The notes under the pieces are model-generated. The model saw only the letters and a list, made by a program, of their open reading frames with translations. It did no database searches and was not told where the DNA came from. Below are positions 16,901 through 20,000 of a stretch of 20,000 nt of DNA, piece by piece (within the stretch, counting starts at the first letter, position 1; each line of letters opens with the position of its first letter). This stretch comes from an uncultured virus (IMG/VR IMGVR_UViG_3300001460_000017). Taxonomy: Duplodnaviria; Heunggongvirae; Uroviricota; Caudoviricetes. Both the position numbers and the translations under genes were made by a program. The stretch is from IMG/VR virus record IMGVR_UViG_3300001460_000017; one strand, given 5' to 3'.

Positions 16901-19629
16901 TCAATATCTAAAACTGTGTGTCTAGTAGTTTTGAATGCACCAATTCCCAACATATCTGTTTGAAAATATGGTAATGAATTATTATTGTCTTTGTTAAGTT
17001 TAAGTAAAATTTTATCAACTATTTGACTAGATGTTCCGTCAAACCCTAAATCATCCATAGCACTGATAAATGATCGTTTAAATTTATAGTAATCGTTTTG
17101 ACTGTCAGTAATCGCTGAAATTAAATTTACATCTTTGTTGTTNAACAAGTATGAAGACAACACCATTGGTCCACTGTGTTGTAAAAATTTTCTACCATAT
17201 TGTGTTGCATTTGGNAAGTCTCTTAAATTGCTAAATCCTGGAGTTACACCTTGTATATCTTTTAGTTCATTAGTAATTGATTTAACGTGATCTGTTACTT
17301 GCCCAACTGTAAATTTTGTTGTTGTTGCATTAAGTGGATTGGCTTGTAAGTTTGTCGGAAATTCATAATGACCGTTACTGTTTTTAGGTGTTGCACTGCT
17401 TGTTCTAATAACAACTATATCATTAACTGCTAATTCAGTAGTGAAGTTAACAAATGCTTCACCATTAATTCTTAAAATTGACCAATCAGTATTTTCAATT
17501 TTTTTAACATTATTGACAAACACATTCACGTTTAGATCATTTAAATCTCCACTTTTGTTGTAAACGTCAATAGCAAAATCATTTTTCTGATTGTTAGATG
17601 CAACATACTGTCTATTAACTTTTTGAAAACTGTCAGTAGGTGCTTTAGTCCAACCATTTACTGTTGTAAAGTTGCCACTAGCATTGTATTTTTTCAAAAA
17701 TGCTGTTTCCGAAGTTAACGTTCCACTAGTACTTTGTGATTGATATGTGTAACTTTGATTCAACAAATTGAAATCAAAAACAATATCTCCAATGTTTTCT
17801 ACATTTGAATAAGTTAATGCAAATCCTAATTCAGTATCTACTGTGCCTGTACCTTCAACATAAGTGAATATTTTGTTACCCATAAAAGAACTATTAGGAT
17901 ATACAATACTGTCAGTGAAACTTACACCGTTGTTATCAAACAAATCAAACAAAGGAGTTTGATTAACTTTAGTTTTTGCTTGTCCTGGAACCCACGATGT
18001 TCCATTGTAATAATACCATTTACCTTGATTTGCAATTCCGTCAGTAGCCAAAATAGTTTCTCCTTCTGATGGAGAAGCATTTACACTTTCAACCAAACTG
18101 ATTTGTGTAGTAACTGTGGTTCCTTCTGTGAATTTAATAAACTTAACTTCAAAAATTTTATCTTTAACAAGAGGATCTGTGTCAGCAGTAAACAACACTT
18201 TCATTCCATTTGTTAATGCAACACCGTCAATGAAAAAACCTTGAGAACCTTCAACGTCACTCATTACATCTTTTGTAACTGTGTCTATTAAATCAATATT
18301 CTCTTTCTTTTTAAAACCAAAATTATATAGTTTAATACCTGCTTCAAATTCAATGATAGGTCTTCGTGCTCTTGTGGCTTGATCAATGTTTGCAATTTGT
18401 CCGTTCGCTTTAGCACTTTCTTGTATAACAGATTTATGAATCCATCTGTTGGATCTACTCCAAGGATTTCTGTCTGGTGATGCTCTGTTTACAACAATGT
18501 AATCTTTATCAATAGCATATGATGTGGCTGTTCCAAATCCCACAGTGTCAAAGTTTTTTGAATCAAATGGAATTGGTGTTACATCAGTAAAAGCACTTTT
18601 TACTTCTAGTTCTTGTGCATCTATCAACTCAATTGCGTCACCTACACCTTCAACAAAATAATCTTTTTCAGCATATTCCACAGGTGTAACTGTGCCGGCA
18701 AAATTTATTTTCATACCATTTGATAATGCTACTCCATCAGCAGTGGTATAATTCTTTTTGCCTATTATTTCATTAGCAACATCTATTACTGAATTTTCTT
18801 CTATGTTGTATATTTGTATCAATCCCCAAGCATTAATATCATTATCACTTCCATAGTATAATTTTTCTGGTGCTGAATCACTAACTTGAAAAGTTATTAT
18901 TCCTTTTTCAACACTTTGCACATCAATACCGTCAGTCACATTGTATGAAGCATCTAGTATTCTTTGCGTTCTTATAACAAAAGGTAATCCTTCTGCATTA
19001 ATATCAAATTTGTATGTTTGACCTTTGTAAAGTTTTAGTGTTGGATTGGCTGTAAGTCCGTCAGGAGTAAAAATATAAGCATAGTTGTCTGTTTGATCAG
19101 ATTTAGTTACTGAATAAGTGCTAACAACATTTCTTTGTTGTCCTGTTATTGTTACTGTTGATGCACCATAAGGCATCCAAAAGTATTCTCTGTAATTAAC
19201 AAATTTGTCCCAATCAATTCTTGGTGACCAAGCATAATATTCTTGAGCATTAAGAACGCTGTGATCAGAAATATTTCCGTGTAAGTTTTGTATTTGATTA
19301 ACAAAATCCAAATAGTCTGAATAAAAATTTACATTGCCTAAATCATCTTGATGCACAATGCTAGGTTCAAATTTGTAATTCTCTCTATCAGCAGTTACTT
19401 CAGGTACATACAAATCAGATGCTTTGTAGGCGTCTGTAATCTTACGTCCATAGTAAGCATTTAATTTTTCTAATGTTCCTTGAGATACTAGTTGGTCAAC
19501 TGTGCTGTGTAAAAATTTATTATTAACGGGAGTTCTGAAATATTTAGGTAAAAATTCTGAGGATTCTCTTTTACCGTCATCTTTGCCTGCAGGCAAACTG
19601 AAATCTTTCTGATTGTTGTCGTATGCCAT
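4954..19629 (-). CDS. Giant multidomain virion structural protein (probable baseplate wedge/hub-associated), 4891 aa
   Basis: Uninterrupted 14,676-nt ORF with a GGAGG RBS and TAATG coupling. It contains FG-GAP-like propeller blades, four CBM5/12-like modules, NxGxGY..P repeats, (F/Y)xGDGST repeats and a C-terminal IDGERIEY..LRRGTFGT motif. These are typical of large-myovirus baseplate proteins, and the gene lies between a wedge-like gene and fibre genes. Confidence 0.85.
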   Translation of the reverse strand: MAYDNNQKDFSLPAGKDDGKRESSEFLPKYFRTPVNNKFLHSTVDQLVSQGTLEKLNAYYGRKITDAYKASDLYVPEVTADRENYKFEPSIVHQDDLGNVNFYSDYLDFVNQIQNLHGNISDHSVLNAQEYYAWSPRIDWDKFVNYREYFWMPYGASTVTITGQQRNVVSTYSVTKSDQTDNYAYIFTPDGLTANPTLKLYKGQTYKFDINAEGLPFVIRTQRILDASYNVTDGIDVQSVEKGIITFQVSDSAPEKLYYGSDNDINAWGLIQIYNIEENSVIDVANEIIGKKNYTTADGVALSNGMKINFAGTVTPVEYAEKDYFVEGVGDAIELIDAQELEVKSAFTDVTPIPFDSKNFDTVGFGTATSYAIDKDYIVVNRASPDRNPWSRSNRWIHKSVIQESAKANGQIANIDQATRARRPIIEFEAGIKLYNFGFKKKENIDLIDTVTKDVMSDVEGSQGFFIDGVALTNGMKVLFTADTDPLVKDKIFEVKFIKFTEGTTVTTQISLVESVNASPSEGETILATDGIANQGKWYYYNGTSWVPGQAKTKVNQTPLFDLFDNNGVSFTDSIVYPNSSFMGNKIFTYVEGTGTVDTELGFALTYSNVENIGDIVFDFNLLNQSYTYQSQSTSGTLTSETAFLKKYNASGNFTTVNGWTKAPTDSFQKVNRQYVASNNQKNDFAIDVYNKSGDLNDLNVNVFVNNVKKIENTDWSILRINGEAFVNFTTELAVNDIVVIRTSSATPKNSNGHYEFPTNLQANPLNATTTKFTVGQVTDHVKSITNELKDIQGVTPGFSNLRDXPNATQYGRKFLQHSGPMVLSSYLXNNKDVNLISAITDSQNDYYKFKRSFISAMDDLGFDGTSSQIVDKILLKLNKDNNNSLPYFQTDMLGIGAFKTTRHTVLDIDNKFFALSNNFDLTALSTKAVYVYHNDAQLVHGVDYVYANGFVQVSKTVALDDIIVVNEFETTNGSHIPATPTKLGLYPKYTPKIYLDTTAVTPVNVIQGHDGSIVVAFNDFRDDAILELEKRIFNNIKTTYDNELFGIKSFVPRAYSTNKFTFESINKTLLGDFNDWLTFVGNEDYTANTFHTEDNSLTWNYSNMVSPSGNKLLGFWRGVYNHAFDTDRPNIAPWEMLGYSQAPTWWETVYGPAPYTKDNLILWQDLEKGIVREPSKKIVIKNNYKRPGLTNNIPVDSEGNIRSPFDSSYARGAVLQLTRDKFKFGDHSPVENTWRRSVHYPFSLLKSYILHQPNKAIGIGLDTNKISRNASGQIVYNSLTAIRPANIVWPSSVNDSTVTLTAGLVNYIYEVVENSQTTNYADYKKQFGELQTQVGFKVRGYSNKDKFKLLLDSKTPLNSTTLFVPEENYRLIYNVSTPVDILTYSGLIVEKLARGFSIKGYDKNDPYIRYHLPFEQSSDPTITVGGISSAFVNWSENKRYDNGAYVKFGEDFYATDETHXSTSSFDASKFIKLVEXPXEGGASALLRKTFLTDTVQSVAYGTVYEDIQTVVDVILGYESYLKAKGFVFDDYDAQTQLVANWQLSAKEFLFWTTQNWDEGAVISLSPSSKKLVVTSQYATTDNVVENYYSYGVLKEDGNKLDRVNLRIVRKSNTFELFTKNTVNGIYFAKVPLVQKEHVCLLDNTTSFSDLIYDPASGYKQDRIKMLGYVTEWDGSLNIPGFVFDEAKVKLWAPYTDYAMSDVVKHKQFYYTANSKLKGTTEFNSNNWRKLDGKPESSLLSNFDYQTNQFADFYDLDTDNFDRQQQKLAQHLIGYQPRTYLSNIINDDVSQYKFYQGYVREKGTANSLNKLFDALASADKESIEFFEEWAIRKGQYGAVDTFDEIEYRIDESQVRLNPQPILLTNDQPATATDLVYRIQSGQTYLAPKDYQHTPFPVKYDKNTYIKTAGPVNPIDISLTLAQYDDLLTSTSVSTLDEGQYVWIGDNKGTWSVLRYSNTDQKIVSIIKNGSVISVNTLNNPDLAVGEIFVVNANGTDYVFKSTFVGITSIQCEDVQGFASIPSAVGFIKRFTESRLSSINDINTRVFDQGLKDNEKFWVDESDDGKWKIVNNKFVFKKHNELSSTSISGDESFGTVISANKQNSTVLVSQPTDEDGKIYVFTRGSESGTLTLAQIIESPTTDPLLLNTDLFGSASNFGKAVDISPDGNFVVIGAPNAGNLKTEYKGVYNTNSNYNVGNIVQYKQQLWRATNQIEGAIAQDLFSTFDSSAFYKENVGFQTTNLLIGDSIFLNQTTDHILIRASVEQYTATKIGDRLILDYLDFNSAYPIDRNNYSKAVNQPFNGVGSPTIKNNIFGGAEISIQEKVDEILEISNTLTDPVVGNLLSTATAEGTVVYVRKVAAKSLIYLKDVSGVFAESGSLTLDVLPIGDYTRVNSEAYDYIGGWWKVSIGANVTTNAGSDVTTNVVIQDIKVLNEVRDTNRFFSSMEQPVAPITPQAPLVKAQFGIGTYYQDYYIDAGTNSWQINSNPQPILSKKWFVRTGYDIAHDSTLNSSNSTNYVSVWFNNVDTGAFNFADLNISSTNTNGLKEVVDVWEGYIDVDSQPDNNANYYFPTAGVHQIYDPITQAQADVTFVQFIALEKIRIYFNNSNNKQFSLGSNASASSTLTRLGGGVNRTIGSIEQTVQSGNTDGDILVFENTTVITASGDPDFYTVNDIEYWIWDEFQNVPGISQSANIPGSQNKDYTQIYNIPIGEGVQSGFTNQGAFLIYKKNTKGVFEYNSAYTVPDTQSGLRLGSKIQLRDFGGVTTAFISAEGNGTSGLPGKIYFVNYSTTKNWWLGVDQYYMGVFDDQTDYLKDELVVFGNQLYKAKTNISANAWQPSLWELQDTHTDFLGYVPNDSGIELQGDSTLDQNNLIKFANTFDVDTNGVNLVLTNKYSDDSQNVVVYRQSGGHFTYKQTITPIDDSATIINFGADISISGDGELIAVGSPLKDIAEIDMGSVYVYKKVSNDSGQYALNQTLISPSKETSEQFGNTLSFSGDVLAVTSLKGDQQLTTLIDNGQTVFDGEMTKFIETQSDVGSIHLYQKFENTLLYGEKFTYVNNTLEQFGTNLLVNNNHVYVGLPKLQLENKQIGTLVDFRKAPTEFNWNSIHESSEGIDQPDLSKIQGVFLYSKSTNKLLTRLDYVDPIFGKIPGPAESEISYKTNYDPAVYNSSTAVGTIDTTNHWDDTQVGKLWWNISKATYYYPYQSNIIFNNSYWNKLFVGASIDVHEWIESSYTPTQYNTISASGEGDALGVTGTVVNATDFVTKKVYDKVAGVLSNRYFYWVKSKTTTPELETRSLSASAVEKLIKDPRSQGYKYITVFGKNKFALVNCDSFIQSNDTIISFRLHTVDTKNNVHKEYALITQDSATSTLPKDIETVWFDSLIGYDSKLNPVPDPNLSDKLKYGTLQTPRQSWFADKQEALKQTMERVNASLKTKLVVDEIDISNLIKSDPAPTINTGLFDTTIDTENELNFVGVGSVKPASLNITVTDGKISNVTITDAGKGYKSIPTYKIKSITGEGAVIGLTIDVNGSINSAKVLQEGSNYKDTATIEVRTFSALITADSTVDGKWAIYDYNSGDGWQKTKIQAFNVNLYWSYADWYETNYNQFTAIDHVISQSYEINALDCSIGQIVKIETIGSGGWLLLKKIDNQVDVDYTVNYQTIGRQNGTIQFSDKLYVYSGNVGFDSNSFDVQLYDRQPIQETRVILETIRDKIFVEELAIEYNKMYFAGIRYALSENKLNDFVFKTSFIKAQHNVGQLEQKITFKNDNLSNYEDYIQEVKPYKSKIREYVSSYEKTEPTNSVITDFDYPPKYIDGVITPSKVTVNNNQLVGADGITTYPDKNWKDNVGYKITAINIANGGTSYTNAPAVVITGGGGTGATATAYIKNGAVYRINVTNSGSGYISSPTVTLSGSTTGTLAIASAVLGESLSRTSHIGIKFDRNTGDTFVTSLQRTETFTGNNSQLKFKLKWPMDLRTNTITVLVAGKKQLKSTFVYKNETDTTKSYVRQSGYIEFTLPPANLSAISISYKINEDVLNTADRFALYQPTSGMPGKELAQVIDGIDYGGVEVRSIGFENNSGWGNEPYMQGEWDTFDESYEDEVFYLDGSTLTLNLSNTLASGIEYHIYQNGQRVDDPAFDAGNPTNILAQMNSLQGDGSTKTVDISMLETDSGDTIIVRKSTSDGAFLPDPNIVDTLIKGGDLAYSTAQGINAEDINVDGDGFVTETSAKGPEEFVPGQILDTLDIQVYDRGKNSGSKINSYNYIGDGVTTQFNFVDAPQSNTAIFLSVNNILFDTNRFTVDYQDKYINFNVAPAVGSKINFITMGNNGEAILDVDTFTGDGSTVEYVTRAKFKAGNIQTFVKVNGQDATYSVIETDSSYAVPNRVAIRFNSAPASDSYINIVVYESASQSFSEVTQDTFTGDGSTATYQMNQTPFTQTPFTNNVIVKVDNDVLRSGFHKQFTVSTLREYEFKNWQVLPGTINASEVRAYLNKVELTSAEYRWNPGNSSITLTGGIGLAGDTVDVYIENGEYSVSDTGAITFTTAPAQSSTITSYQFSKHDVQDIDRAQYDVVAKLSITANTDDYYQYNQLTNGVVKLNRPAVDAQYVWVCLNGEWLAPSIDYSVSNNQMYLKISRTLSQNDEIDVIHFTAPSFVGKFAYRQFKDIMNRTHFKRIGDDKQYTLAQNLLWNDQKIVLTDATGITEPSVASQLPGIVFIDGERIEYYKKDGNSLEQLRRGTFGTGIAEVHHSNTDVYDQSAFQNVPYKDSFISETYTGANVVNNTLNIGFTPKSANEFELFVGGKRLRKNSISVYNPALGQDSPEADSTVPAEFSVTGSTAVITFTNTPAENAQILLVRKQGKIWQTGTDPLSQTENDIARFIRQKEVAVPQ
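6301..6330. repeat. Exact 15-bp tandem duplication (TGTGAAAGGTGTTTG x2) encoding QTPFT-QTPFT
   Basis: 6301-6315 and 6316-6330 are identical at the nucleotide level and in frame in the giant ORF. Confidence 0.9.
6345..7755 (-). repeat. Protein-level (F/Y)xGDGST-initiated beta-sandwich-like repeats in the giant ORF
   Basis: FTGNNSQLKF (~7750), LQGDGSTKTV (~7160), YIGDGVTTQF (~6830), FTGDGSTVEY (~6610) and FTGDGSTATY (~6365). Most are followed by a VxVNG/VxVNN-like strand and an I.F..AP motif. Confidence 0.7.
7890..9175 (-). repeat. Protein-level I..I.I.N.G.GY...P repeats (two pairs) in the giant ORF
   Basis: ISNVTITDAGKGYKSIP and INSAKVLQEGSNY (~8990-9170); ITAINIANGGTSYTNAP..GGGGTGATATA and VYRINVTNSGSGYISSP (~7900-8075). 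This repeat is common in T4-like cyanophage baseplate/virion proteins. Confidence 0.7.
10320..13375 (-). other. Interrupted FG-GAP/integrin-alpha-like beta-propeller region of the giant ORF
   Basis: Seven blade-start motifs: ESFGTVISA..GKIYVF, NFGKAVDISPDGNFVVIGAP, RLGSKIQL..GKIYFV, KFANTFDV..VVVY, NFGADISISGDGELIAVGSP..GSVYVY, QFGNTLSFSGDVLAV..GSIHLY and QFGTNLLV..VYVGLP. Confidence 0.7.
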
Positions 19630-20000
19630 TAATATCCACTTCCTCCACTAGAGCCTCCGCTTGAACTAGAACTTGAACTTGAACTAGCAGGTAATGTGCC
19701 ACTTAATGTACTAACTGTTGATGAACTTGTTGTGATGTTTCCGTCTGATTTAAGTTTAGAGGCTGTTACAGCATCTATTATTTCAACATCAGAAACTTTT
19801 GCACCACTAATAAAAATTTCATCATTTTCTGATTTAATTTCAAATAAACTTCCAAATGCTTTTGAACCTTCGTTAGGCACAATAACAAAAGTTGTTATGT
19901 CTGGTGCTAATTCGTTCATCACATAAGTGCTTAATTCTGAGAAATAAAATGTATCACCAAATTCCCAATTTTCTAAAGCAAAGAATTGATTTATTGCTGT
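19629..20000 (-). CDS. C-terminal part of a probable baseplate wedge subunit (partial; starts beyond the window)
   Basis: The frame is open upstream of the tracked GTG at 19922 to the window edge, reading TAINQFFALENWEFGDTFYFSELSTYVMNELAPDITTFVIVP. This I..FF....FG..F..S.L pattern resembles the C-terminal domain of T4 gp6/P2 gpJ-like wedge proteins. The protein ends in a Ser/Gly tail. Confidence 0.7.
   Translation of the reverse strand, partial: TAINQFFALENWEFGDTFYFSELSTYVMNELAPDITTFVIVPNEGSKAFGSLFEIKSENDEIFISGAKVSDVEIIDAVTASKLKSDGNITTSSSTVSTLSGTLPASSSSSSSSSGGSSGGSGY
19632..19686 (-). repeat. Low-complexity Ser/Gly tail built from degenerate hexamer repeats
   Basis: The plus strand has GAACTA-GAACTT-GAACTT-GAACTA. 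The region encodes SSSSSSSSGGSSGGSGY*. Confidence 0.8.

Noticed and set aside
4954..19629. Tape measure protein or bacterial giant adhesin/RTX call for the 4891-aa ORF
   Set aside because: It is mostly beta-rich with baseplate-type motifs. It has no signal peptide, RTX nonamers, LPXTG or autotransporter barrel, and its context is a phage tail operon.
19920..19922. GTG start giving a 97-aa protein
   Set aside because: The frame stays open to position 20000 with protein-like sequence, so the gene is truncated by the window edge.
168..19926. All plus-strand ORFs in the track (60-140 aa)
   Set aside because: They lie entirely antisense to long minus-strand genes and have no recognisable motifs. 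They are the expected shadows of biased codon usage.
1..20000. tRNA, rRNA, CRISPR array, intrinsic terminators, IS elements
   Set aside because: Intergenic gaps are under 30 bp with no hairpin plus U-tract. I saw no spaced direct repeats, cloverleaf or transposase motifs.

Overview
The window is AT-rich (roughly one-third G+C by eye), almost fully coding, and every credible gene is on the minus strand. It looks like the late-expressed baseplate/tail-fibre module of a large tailed phage (myovirus-like, probably an environmental assembly because it has scattered N bases). In transcription order (right to left) it holds: the C-terminal end of a probable baseplate wedge subunit (partial, >20000-19629); a giant 4891-aa multidomain virion protein (19629-4954); a 203-aa conserved structural or adaptor protein; two paralogous tail-fibre-like proteins (676 aa with a C-terminal tail-collar domain, and 735 aa); and the first 15 codons of a probable third paralogue running off the left edge. 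Genes are tightly coupled by TAATG overlaps and GGAG-type RBSs. ATAAATA late-promoter-like motifs sit at the two longer intergenic gaps. I see no RNA genes, CRISPR array, mobile element or defence system. The most interesting features are the nested architecture of the giant protein and the fibre paralogue array with a shared N-terminus and different tips. All domain calls come from motif recognition by eye, not database searches, and internal domain coordinates are approximate.
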